A stretch of DNA of 64,000 bases from Camelus ferus (taxonomy: Eukaryota), in contig NC_045697.1 of assembly GCF_009834535.1 (NCBI RefSeq), forward strand, positions 29,266,001 through 29,330,000, given 5' to 3'. Shown piece after piece: positions 52,906 to 64,000 of this stretch. The notes below the pieces were generated by a model. That model did no database searches. It was given only the letters and a program-made list of their open reading frames with translations, and had not been told where the DNA came from. Position 1 is the stretch's first letter. Each line of letters starts with the position of its first letter. The translations under genes and the position numbers were made by a program.

Positions 52906-54429
52906 GCTCCTGGCTACAATTAGATTTTTATGCCACCTGGGCATATAAGCTCACTTCATTTCCAGTGTTCCACTATTCCTGTAGATTTTTTACCTTGAAG
53001 TTCACAACTGATTTTTGGTCAGCAACTATGAAACGAAAGGAAAACTACACTGCTACACAACAGTAAAATACTAGCTGATCTATGCAGAAAGTCCAGTGTA
53101 AGAGACGCCATGACTGATACTCAGCTGTGAGAAGTATGCTCACAAATGCCTCGGCTCAAACACCTGAAATTGTTCCTATAACTCCCCTTGCTGGCCAGTG
53201 TGAAGAGCGACACAAGAAAGAAAACCATCTGCACACTTCCTGCTCTCCCGGATACTTCTTCCTCTTACTACATATTCAAATACCCCAAAGTTAGCAAAGA
53301 CAAATGATTAAGGAAAAAAAAAAGTAAGAAAAAAATTCTACTGTGAAGGAACTAAAATCAATAGCTTTGTTTGCTATGTTTTTGAGAGGTCAGCTACTCA
53401 AGTAAGAAATGCAGGGATGTAATTAATCACTTTGATGGAGAAGGAAGTGCCCTCCTCAGTATGAAAACTGTGTGCCATTCACTCTCACTTATCTCATAAG
53501 AAAGAACGTTAAGTTATGGGCAAGATTTACACCCGTAGCCCCAGGGAATCTAGCTATTTCAAAGCCATGACATCCAACTAATCTCAGGGCAGTGAGTGAA
53601 AATGAATTACATTTATTGAACCTGGCACTAATCATGATGAACTGAAACACAAGAGTACCATCAATTCAGTTATCTCACTGAAATGACATTTTTAATTCAG
53701 AAGGAAAATTCCTGTAACACATATATATACATAAATATTGAGAAATTAGACATTGGCACTACATTCAGTTTACTTAATCTCAGGGAAAGGTGACATGGGG
53801 AATGTAGTCTACCACGTACACACATTTCTGACAGTTATACTCTTTAGAATGTTTTGGCAGCTATAAGCAAGGATCAGCTATAAAAATTCATTGTCATTTG
53901 AAATTAAAGTAATAGTTCCTTTAAAAATAAATAAAGTAATAGTTTCTGTGCCCCTGAGTCTTGTCTTGTAAGAGCAGATTTGTTCTTTCTTGTGATACTG
54001 CCAGTTAATTGTCCCATCATTAAGTCAGCTTCTGATCATACCCCATAAACAAATTAAATGGCTCTAAGAAAATAAGCTTACTTGAAGGCCATTTTGAGAT
54101 TTTTACATTAGCTCTCTGAAGTTCCCCCATGTTACTTAATATTTGTATGTTCTGATAATATGCAAAATAGTATCCTCATGAAAATTATATGCACTATTGT
54201 TGATCTAGAGTGATTGTGTATACTACAGGATATCAGTGATTATTCACTGGTAATGTACATCAAAATGATGAACAAAGATTTTCAAATATCAGATCATTCC
54301 CACTAAAATGTTAAAAATCTGCTGAACCCTGCTTCAGTGCATTTATCCTGTGTGGTTAATAACGCTGCTAAGCTCTTGGGCATTGCAATCTTTATAGTAC
54401 GATGCCTCAGATAAGAACAATAATGCAGT

Positions 54430-56800
54430 ATTTGATGGTCAGATGAAGCTAGAGCATCATGTAAGTTGAGGGTCTTGGATCTGGATGTCACATTCTAAAA
54501 GTGGCACTGCCAAATGGGAGGGCCAAATTGCAAAGATGAGACCAGGATAGCAAGAGGACTCAAAGCATGTGACACCAGGAAGACAGGGCCCCTCCATCTA
54601 CTCCTTACTTATCACTTCCTATTTTCACCTCTGTCCCTTTGCGGTTTGGGGTCCATGGCCCATTACTGCAGCTACTTCCTGTGAACAGCTTTGTTATTCT
54701 TTCTCCATTTAGTTCTTCCATCACAACTGCCAGGCAAAAGACTGACTCTGGATCAAACCACCTATTCCCTTCTCCACAGAGACCCCCAGGCTGCAGAGCT
54801 TGCAGGAGAAATCATACAACTGCATGGACTGATTCCACTAGAAACTAACGGTCTCTAACCTCAGTTGGCCCCTCAATACAGCCTGGTAGTCATTCTGTAT
54901 TTTCCTAAGTGGCTCTCACTGTCTGCCACACGTCGCAGGATTCAAGCTCTCTTTCAGTTTCCTCAAACCTCTGACGTGAGCATGCAGTCTGCTTTCTTAC
55001 CCATCAGAGAAGACAGTGCTATTCAGATAGGCGCTCTTTCACTTTCCTACCCTCCAAAGGTATGCTGGCAAATGCCTAGTAACTGACAATCTGGGGAGCG
55101 GGATGTGGGGGAGTTCTAATTTCTAGTGTTTGCCAGTTTCCATGGTGTAAATATTCCCACTGTGGCTGATTCAAGCTATTAACATAATCTAACCAGACCT
55201 CAAAATTTCTGAAAATTTAACAACTGGCTCCCGTGAGCTAGTAGGGGCTGGCTCTAGCACAAGCTGCGTGAAGCCCAGAAACTTAAATGCATCCAAAAAC
55301 ATCCTCTCCTTCCCTCTCTGTTACAAGGGAGGAGAAGTCCCTCCTATTCTCCTCCTATCTGAAGTAAATGCCTCCTGCCTTGTGTAATAGCTCTTTCTAT
55401 CATTGAAACCCTTCTGTCTTAGATCTTCAACTTCCCCCTCTTTATTGGCTAACTCCTTCTATCATTTAAACCTAGCTAACTCCCTTGTGCCCTTTTTGTT
55501 TGTTTATTTGAAGAAAACTTCATTTGATTCTACATTTCTCTCCAGCTCTGTCACAGACCCATTTCTTCAAAGGATTGTTTCTACCACCTTATCTTCAGAT
55601 AACTCACTTAATAAAATCTGGTTTTCCACTGAAATCCCAAAGTTAACCAACAACTTTCTTGTTACTAAATTCAACAGAGAATTCTCAGGCCTTCTCCTAC
55701 TGACTTTTCTTTAGCATTTGACACATCTGACCACGTCTTCCTTTCTTTGCCTTATGTGACACTATGACCCTCTGATTCTCTTCCTTCCTCTTGGCTTCTG
55801 GCTCCTTTGCAGGCTCCTCCCCTCAGTTCTTTTCTTACTTGTTGGTGTTCCTCGTGATTCTACCCTGAGACCCCTTCTCTTCTCATTCTGCTGTCCCAGG
55901 ATCTCATCTCTTTCCATGGCTTCCACTACCATCTCTAGACTCACTGGTCCGTGGCTCCAGGCCAGTCTTCTGAGCCACTGCCCATGATTATCCACCGGGC
56001 ACATTCATGTGGATATCTTCAGAGGCACCTCAAGCCTAACATTTCTAAAACTAAAATCTCACCAAATCTCTTCCCTCTCTGTGCTCTCAGCTCAGGGAAT
56101 GGCCCCAGGTTGCCAAATGGAATCGTCCTTGCCTCCTAACATCTCATTCCAATTAATCACAAAGTCCTGCTGATTCAACTGCCAAAATTTCTCTTCCTTC
56201 TGTTTACTTCTCAGCATCCTCAGTGCCACCACCCTGGTTCAGTCACACTATCTCTCACCAAGATTATCCCTCCTAACTACTCTCCCTGTTTCCAGGCTTG
56301 CTTGCCCACATTCATCCTCCATTCTGCAGTGATCTCTCAAAAACTCAAATCAGATCATGTCACTTGCCTCCTTAAAACATTTTGATGGGTCTCCATTGTT
56401 TTGGGGATAGAGTTCAAACTCCCTGATGTGACCTATGAGCCCCTGTGTAGCCTGACTCCCATCTGGGGTCTCTCCCTGCTTCCCATCCTGTTCCTGCTGA
56501 TCTGATTTTTTTCAGATCCCTAAACATGCCATGTGCAGTTTCATCGCTGGGCCTCTAAATATACTGTCTATTTTGTCAGGAACACCATGATTTATTTTCT
56601 GCTGCCTCTCATCTGTCTTCCACTGACTAACTCCTAGTTAAGCTTAGAAGTTACTTCCTGCATAAATGCTACTGACCTGGCTCCCTTCACTTCTTCCTCT
56701 ATTGAATTTAACATACTGTCCTGCAATGATTGTTTTGCTTGTCTGTCTCCCTCATAGATACTAATCTCCATGAGGGCAGGAACCATGTCTATTCTCTTCA
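54430..56800 (+). mobile_element. Long L2 (ORF2 remnant through 3' region)
   Basis: 'ggagaaatcatacaactgcatggactgattccact', 'agcatttgacacatctgaccac', 'ggcacctcaagcctaacat', 'ctccatgagggcaggaacc'. Confidence 0.85.
55058..55266 (-). mobile_element. MER63A inserted in L2
   Basis: 'tttctgaaaatttaacaactggctcccgtgagctagtaggggctggctctagcac'. Confidence 0.8.
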
Positions 56801-57589
56801 CCCCATTGATTTTAATCATGATACCCCACATCCATTAACAGTCACTCCCCATCCACTTCCTACCCCCAGATCCTGGCAAACACTAATCTACTTTCTGTCT
56901 CTTTGGAATTCATCTCCCTCAGCAAGCTCACAGTGAGAATTGTTGAGCCTGGACCTACTACTAACTTTTAAAATAAAAGTACTAAGTTACTGACTCACAG
57001 CAAAAACACTCTTGTGTCTTATTTTTCCTAACTCTGAAAGGATGCCTACTCAGTCAAGGACGCAGTCCATAAGATGACCTGCAGTTTTTAATAAAGCATG
57101 CATTGCTCAGTTTCTCATCTACTTTTTTTTGGGGGGGTGGGGGATAAATTTATAGAATTTCCAATTTCACAACTGTTGGTGTCTGTTGCCAGAAGAAAAA
57201 CCTCTTATTATGCTTCAAAGAAACCCCTGTTCTGCCACGGCTGGCTCCTCAGGTCCCTGCCTTCTGCCTGGGATCCTCTCTGTTCCTTAAACAGGGGTTT
57301 TTTCCGCTCTGATCTCAAGGAACTTGGGTCCCTGCAAGTTAGCCTTTTTAAAACTTGTTGTACATAGAATGTTTTATTGTTCCCACTCAAGCCTGCCTTT
57401 TAATTAAGACTTTTTGTAGACTTTAGTTTTTATTTTCAGAAATATGTAATGAAAAGTAATACTAAAAATATAACAGACATTATTGTAGGGGAAAAATACA
57501 TCCACCATTTCCAAAAACTCCAAGGCTGCTTTGTGAATTGTAATTGGAGAAAAAGGCAGGTTAATTAACCTCTCCCCCTCAATATCATA

Positions 57590-57810
57590 GTTAATACTAA
57601 TTGAAGACTATGAAGTATCAGATACAATGCCAAGACCATTATTTACATTACCCTTGAACTCCGGGCAACTGAACAAGGTAGGAAATATTGTTACCTACCT
57701 TTTACACATGAGAAAATTGAAGCTGAGAGATTAAGTGACTTGCCCAAGTTTACACAGCTAGTAACTAAAAGTGAGGACCTTGTCGATTTCTGACGACAGA
57801 ATCCAGAATT
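57590..57810 (-). mobile_element. MIR
   Basis: 'ttaagtgacttgcccaagtttacacagctagtaa'. Confidence 0.85.
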
Positions 57811-58869
57811 CATTATGTTCTTTCTGGGGGGAAAAAAAAATTAATGGTAGAGTTAAATGGTAGCTTAATCTCATGTTATCTACCCTGAAAATAGCATTAA
57901 ATTCTGCTTTAAATGTTTATTGCATCCAATATGAAAATCTCTTTGACAACAGAAAAATTAAAATATATATGTATGTGAATACATGGGTCCCTTGAGAAAC
58001 ACTTGTGTTTCCTAACCACAGATTTCATTGCTTCTTCATTCTGATTATTAGTATGATATCACAGGTAGGACTGAACTGGAGAAGTTCAACAATGAAAAAG
58101 ACTATCTGATAAGATTATTAAAATCTCTCTTATTTCCTTCCCATAATGCTAGATGCACACAGTTAAATTGTGTCTTATTTTCATTTTTGTAATAATTTCA
58201 TTTATTGATGTCTGGCACATAGTGAGTTCACTGAATATCTATTGAATGGATTGATGTGTTTGCCCCTTTTCAGAATTCTACAGCACTTATTTCCTGAAGT
58301 TAGGACCTGCAAAAAGAGAAGTTTGAGGAACTAAGGAACATTCAGCATTGCAATTCTAGGAATCTTTACATAGCATTCAGCCCTAAAATATATACACTTG
58401 CTCCCTAACTGCTTCAGCTACTTTAGTCCTGCTTTCTGAACCAGATTTCAAGCAAGGACTGTCATTCCATTCTCACACAAGCCCCATGGAGCCTAGAACA
58501 GTGCTGGTCTTATAGCAGATAATCTATCAAAATGCACACTATATTCTCTTACAAATGGTAAAGGTTTAATAAATAGTTGTTAATATGGTTATGAAAATTA
58601 TTATCAAGTGGAAAATATTTTGTTGGAACCACCAACTGCCTCTTTCCTTCTAATTTTCATAAACTGCTAATTTATTTTTTCCCCAGGTTAACATGAGTTT
58701 GGTAAACAAATTATACCTTAATACTTAATATTTTATATATATACAATGTAAACATCATTATAAAGAATTACTCTGATGTCACCTTTGTTTTTGAATCAGA
58801 CAAAATTAATTTATTTGCACAGTCTATGTGGGTTTGAGCTATACACTAGCATTTTTTTCCTCATACAAC

Positions 58870-60085
58870 TTTTTCCTTAAGATATAATTCAACTGCTTAA
58901 AATTCAACTTTCTGAAGTGTACAACTCAGTGGGGTTTGGTGAAACAAAGTTGTACAATCACTGTCACTAATTCCAGAACATTTTAATCACCCCAAAAAGA
59001 AACCCCGTATCCATTAACAGTCATTCTTAATTCTTCCTTCCCCCCAACCCCAGGCAACCACTAGTCTATTTTTTGTTTCTATGGATTTTCCTATTCTGAA
59101 CATTTCATATAAATGGAATCATACAATGGGTGGCCTTTGTGTCTGATTGTTCTCCCTTAGGATAATGTTTGCAAATTTCATCCATGTTGTATTAAGTATC
59201 AGTCCTTGATTCTTTTTTATAGGTTGAATAATATTTCATTGTATAGATAGACACATTTTGTTTATTTGTTCATCTACTGATGAACATTTGGATTGTTTCC
59301 ACTTTTTGGCTATTGTGAATAGTGCTGCCATGGACATTTATATACAAGTTTTTGTTTGGACACCTTTTTTTTTTTTTTTTTTTTTTCAGTTTTCTTGGGT
59401 ATATAAATATAGGAATGAAATTGCTGAGTAAAATGATAATTTTATGTTTTAGGGTTTTTTTGGGGGGAGGTATGTTATGGCTTTATTTCAATATAGTTTA
59501 AGCCATAATTTAAGTGATACAACCAAAACAATATCTTTTTTTTTAGGTAATTTTTTTTAGTGTTTTAGTTCTTGAGGAACTACCAATCTGTTTTCCAAAG
59601 CAACTGCACCATTTTCATTCCCACCAGCAATGTAAAGGGTTCCAATTTCTCTATGTTCTCACCAACACTTGTTATTTTCCTTATTATTATTTATTATAAT
59701 CATCCTAGTAGGTGTGAAGTGGTATCTCATTGTGGTCTTGATTTGCATTCCCATAATGACTAACAATGTTGAGCATCTTTTCATGTGTTTATTAGCTGTT
59801 TGTGTGTTTTCTTTGGAGAAATGTCTATTCAGATCCTTTGCCTATTTTTTTAATTGGGATATTTGACTTTTTTTTTATCATTGAGTTGCAAAAGTTCTTT
59901 ATAATTTCTGGATACAAGTTCTTTATCAATATATGATTTGAAAATATTTTCCCCCATTCTGTGGGTTGTCTTTTCATTTTCTTGACAGTGTCCTTTATAT
60001 CATTAAAGTTTTTACTTTTGATAATATATATATTTAAACTTTTGATGAAGTCCATTTTATCCATTTTTTATATATGGTGCCTACA
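58870..60085 (-). mobile_element. L1MB-like 3' region with an internal insertion at 59453-59560
   Basis: 'atcaccccaaaaagaaacccc...atttcatataaatggaatcatac'; ORF remnant 'KDTVKKMKRQPTEWGKIFSNH'. Confidence 0.92.
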
Positions 60086-60353
60086 CTAATATTTAAATTT
60101 TTTCATGTGTAATTATACACATTACCTACCATCATGTATACAGAAGTATGACAAAAGATTATAGATTTAAGTAGTGGAAAATGACAATTTTCAAGTAATC
60201 AAACTTATTAAATAAGAACTGACAGCAAATACAGTTCAACTTAACAAAGTTAATCAGAAATTTTCCTGTCTTGAGGGTAATAAGTAAAAATACAACATAA
60301 ATTTCCCTTGTATGTTACATTCAACTCAGTAAATTTTCATAGCATTTGCTTAA

Positions 60354-60447
60354 ACTTTTTTTTTTAATGGAGATACTGGGGATTGAACCCATGACCTCTT
60401 GCGTGCTAAAGCAGGTGCTCTACCACTGAGCTTTTAGCCTCCCCCCT
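60354..60447 (-). mobile_element. Short tRNA-derived camelid SINE
   Basis: 'actggggattgaacccatgacctc...gctctaccactgagc'; TSD catttgcttaa at 60343-60353 and 60448-60458. Confidence 0.92.
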
Positions 60448-61067
60448 CATTTGCTTAACATTTATCTGTAGATAATCTATCTGTAATATTTTCAGCAGGT
60501 AAGAGGAATTTTGATAAACCTATAATATGATATATTTTCAGAAACATAGTAAATTTTTAAGTTGTTTTGTTCAAATAAAGTAGAAAATAGTAATAAGTAA
60601 GATTAGAGCTATTTTCTTATTAAGTAGCTGACGTTAGAAAGTTTATTTGAAGCAATGTAATGTCAAGGTAGTTACTCATCAGACTTATTTAATACCTTTC
60701 CTGAACATACGTTTCAATTTGAAAGCATTTTAACTATAAACTGCATACCCAGAGAAATAGAACAGACAGCAGCAGGATTCAAGAAGAGAACAAAGAAACA
60801 AAGTCAAGCAGGTTTGCCAAACAGTAGGTCCCTGTGTTTGAAACAACTGGAGAGCTTTGTAGCAATTCCATTTTAGAAGTTTTCTGTAAGCTAGAATTTA
60901 ACAGCCAGAACACAAAGCTCAATTTAGAGATAAAAACACTGTTAAATACACTGTTAAATTATTAGGTTAAATGGATCGCAGTTACAGAATTTTCCATAAC
61001 TAGCATTGCTTATTTTCCAGAATAATAATTTATACTACTCCTCTATTAAATTCAAGTTCCTAACAGC

Positions 61068-61163
61068 AAAAAGAAAGAAAAAAGAAAGAAAGGAAGAAAG
61101 GAAGAAAGGAAGAAAGGAAGAAAGGAAGAAAGGAAGAAAGGAAGAAAGGAAGAAAGGAAGAAA

Positions 61164-61197
<34 letters not shown>

Positions 61198-61200
61198 AAA
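61068..61200. repeat. Polypurine compound repeat: (AGGAAGAA)10 then (AGAA)7
   Basis: Perfect octamer array at 61091-61170; no pyrimidine in 133 bp. Confidence 0.97.
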
Positions 61201-62288
61201 TAATAAAGTACATTCTCCCAAAGAAGACTTTGTTTTAAAAAATTAATTAATGGAAAATTAGAGTGTAGATGTTTTGTATGGAGACTGAAGCAGAAGCTAT
61301 TTTCAATTTTCAATAAAATTAGGAAGATTGGCTGTGGGGCATTGGTGGCTCCTGAAACATAATTTACTTCATGTTGTCAAATGCCTGTTCAGTAACTGTA
61401 CCTTTCATCCTCAAAAGAAAATCTCTTTCAGCAATTAGAGGTGAGGGCACTTTGATATGGCACGTACACACAATCACATGTGGCACTGCAGTTGTTCTTT
61501 GGGGACAGTGGTGCCCCATCTTTTCTCACTCTCATTCTAGTTGAAGATTAAAAATGTTTGTCATCAGGATGTTTGCCCACTTTAGATTAACAGCCAGTTG
61601 ACATGGCTGTGAAAGCCAGCCTGAGTTACTGGGGAATGATCACTCGGTTTTCTCACATTGTGAAAGCTGGTGAGCATATCTTTCTTTGGATTCTCTGAAA
61701 CCCTTTTTGGTGACAATCACTTGTTTGTGATCTGGGAACATACAATGGCTGTACTTTTCAAATCGGGGTACCAATATAAGTTTTGTGATGGCAGAGACTG
61801 TCCTATTACTGCTATAGCCCCAAGGTTTAAAATACTGCCTTGTATGGTGTTTATAAATAATTTTTGAATAAAAGAGCAGACAGAGAGGGAGGAGAAGGAC
61901 GGCAAAGAGAAGTAGGGGGAAAGACGGGGGAAAGAAGAGAAAGGGAGAAGAGACAGAGGGGAGGGAAAGGGGAAAGAAAAAAAAAGGAGAGTAGATGAAG
62001 TAGTAGGAGTTGGTACTGCATCACAAGGAGGACATGGTAGCGGAGAGGAAAAACGCAAAACTAAAGGACACGTACAGGAGTACGCGGGGAGGATTATCTT
62101 TACCCAAAGAATTGAAGTGGGAAGGAGAATATTATATTAAAATAAACACAGATATGTGATAGAGGAAGATACAAAATTCTCATTAGATAACAAAACTTAT
62201 TCCCTGTTTTCACAGACTCATTGAATCTCAAGTTGGGAAGGGATCAAAGAGTCATTTTGACACCTCAGCCATATCTGATGCTTTAAAA

Positions 62289-62492
62289 CAGAGTTTGTCA
62301 ATTTTTTTTCTGTAAAGGGCCAGATAGTAAATATTTTAGGCTTTAAAGGGCACGGTCTCTGTCACAACTGCTCCATTATGCCACTGTAGCATGAAAGCAC
62401 CATACAGAATATGGTAAAAAATGTGTATGGCTTTGTGTCAGAAACAGGTGGTGAGACAGATTTGGCTTGTGTGCTGTGGTTTGCTGATCCTA
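62289..62492 (+). mobile_element. MER58A
   Basis: 'ttctgtaaagggccagatagtaaatattttaggcttt...tttgctgatcct'. Confidence 0.9.
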
Positions 62493-62572
62493 CGACATCC
62501 AGACAATTCCTATAACCTCTGCTAACATCTGCAGTAACAGGAAATACAATAGTTTACAAGGAAAACCATTCC

Positions 62573-64000
62573 AACAACCACTCAAAACCTATGGGACACA
62601 GCAAAGGCAGTGCTAAGAGGGAAGTTTATAGCGATACAGGCCTTCCTCAAAAAAGAAGAACAATCTCAAATAAACAATTTAACCCACCACCTGAATGAAT
62701 TAGAAAAAGAAGAACAAAAAGCCCCAAAAAGCAGCAGAAGGAAGGAAATAATAAAGGTCAGAGAGGAATTAAATACAATAGAGATTAACAAGACCATAGA
62801 AAAAATCAACCAAACCAAAAGCTGGTTTTTTGAAAAAGTAAATAAAATCGACAAACCTCTGGCCAAACTTACAAAGAAGAAAAAAGAGAGCACAAATTAG
62901 CAAAATAAGAAAGGAAAATGGAGAAATTACAACAAACAAAATAGAAATACAGAATATCATACAAGAATATTATGAAAAACTATATGGAACCAAACTGGAT
63001 AACCTAGAGGAGATGGACAAGCTTCTGGAAACATACTGTCCACCAAAACTGAATCAAGAAGAATCTGAACACTTGAACAATCCGATCACTAGAAAGGAAA
63101 TAGAAATAGCAATTAAAAACCTCCCTACAAATAAAAGTCCAGGACTGGACGGCTTCACCGGGGAATTCTACCAAACATACAAAGAAGAACTCATACCAGT
63201 CCTTCTCAAACTCTTCCAGACGATTGAAAAGGAGGGAATACTCCCAAACTCATTCTATGAAGCCACCATCACCCTGATACCAAAACCAGGCAAAGACACT
63301 ACAAAAAAAGAGAATTATAGGCCAATATCACTGATGAACATAGACGCCAAAATCCTCACCAAAATTTTAGCAAATAGAATCCAACAACACATAAAAAAGA
63401 TTATACATCATGACCAAGTGGGGTTCATCCCAGGGACACAAGGCTGGTTCAACATACGCAAATCAATCAGTGTAATACATCACATCAACAAGAGAAAGGA
63501 CAAAAACCACATGATCATCTCAATCGATGCAGAAAAAGCATCTGATAAAATTCAACACCCATTTATGATAAAAACGCTCGCCAAAGTGGGTATAGAGGGA
63601 ACATATCTCAACATAATAAAAGCTATATATGACAAACCTACAGCCAGCATAGTACTCAACAGTGAAAAACTCAAAAGCTTCCCACTAAAATCTGGGACAA
63701 GACAAGGATGCCCACTATCACCACTCCTATTCAACATAGTCCTGGAAGTCCTAGCCACAGCAGTCAGGCAAGAGAAAGAAATAAAAGGGACCCAAATTGG
63801 AAAAGAAGAGGTAAAAGTGTCATTATATGCTGATGACATGTTACTATATATAGAAAACCCTAAAAGGTCCACACAAAAGCTACTAGAGCTGATTGAAGAA
63901 TTCAGCAAGGTAGCAGGTTACAAAATTAACGTTCAAAAATCAGTTGCATTTCTTTACACTAACGATAAATCAACAGAAGAAGAAAGTAAAGAAACAATCC
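62573..64000 (+). mobile_element. Young 5'-truncated LINE-1 running off the window end
   Basis: Begins in ORF2 after the endonuclease domain ([20 protein letters not shown]). Confidence 0.97.
62574..64000 (+). pseudogene. L1 ORF2p fragment (linker plus RT) with one frameshift near 62885
   Basis: First frame stops at 62898-62900. Second frame is open from 62887 to the window end and contains [32 protein letters not shown] and YADD (63826-63837). Confidence 0.95.

Noticed and set aside
56825..56910. Similarity to 59005-59090
   Set aside because: Explained as another small fragment of the same L1M 3' UTR family
59476..59532. Resemblance to the miR-135 5' end (tatggcttt) and to mitochondrial tRNA-His fragments
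   Set aside because: Matches are only 9-12 nt and do not extend into a precursor or cloverleaf
37130..60890. Scattered minus-strand exon-like segments (e.g. 50141-50178, ~42577-42624, ~39969-40019, ~60746-60883)
   Set aside because: Splice-like boundaries exist, but I could not assemble a coherent or recognisable protein. A lncRNA cannot be excluded without RNA data.
11516..60958. Short tandem micro-duplications (11516-11545, ~19239-19264, ~60935-60958)
   Set aside because: Ordinary slippage events with only two units; no regular repeat-spacer array, so not CRISPR-like
125..62058. The many 60-170 aa ORFs in the track
   Set aside because: No recognisable domains. Most overlap L1/L2/LTR/MIR or simple repeats, and their lengths are as expected by chance.
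63552..63908. 118-aa minus-strand ORF
   Set aside because: Antisense shadow of L1 ORF2

Overview
Mammalian nuclear DNA, most likely camelid: three tRNA-derived SINEs of the Vic-1 type and young artiodactyl-type L1 3' ends are present. The window is AT-rich and repeat-dense, and looks intergenic or deep-intronic. I recognise no cellular protein-coding gene, structural RNA gene or CRISPR array. The only protein-like ORFs are LINE-1 ORF2 remnants, the best being a young 5'-truncated, frameshifted L1 at 62573-64000 with a YADD RT motif. The rest is L1/L2/MIR, MaLR/ERVL LTRs, hAT and Tigger MITEs, and microsatellites; subfamily names are recalled from consensus sequences and are approximate. I found no convincing new biological system. 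The most notable items are: a 64-bp locally templated insertion copied from 2.3 kb away; a triple-nested L1 with intact TSDs; three poly(A)-only insertions; AP-1 site enrichment in the first 28 kb with NFAT:AP-1, TEAD:AP-1 and CTCF-like motifs; and a speculative phase-consistent 4-exon minus-strand ORF at 1107-5525.
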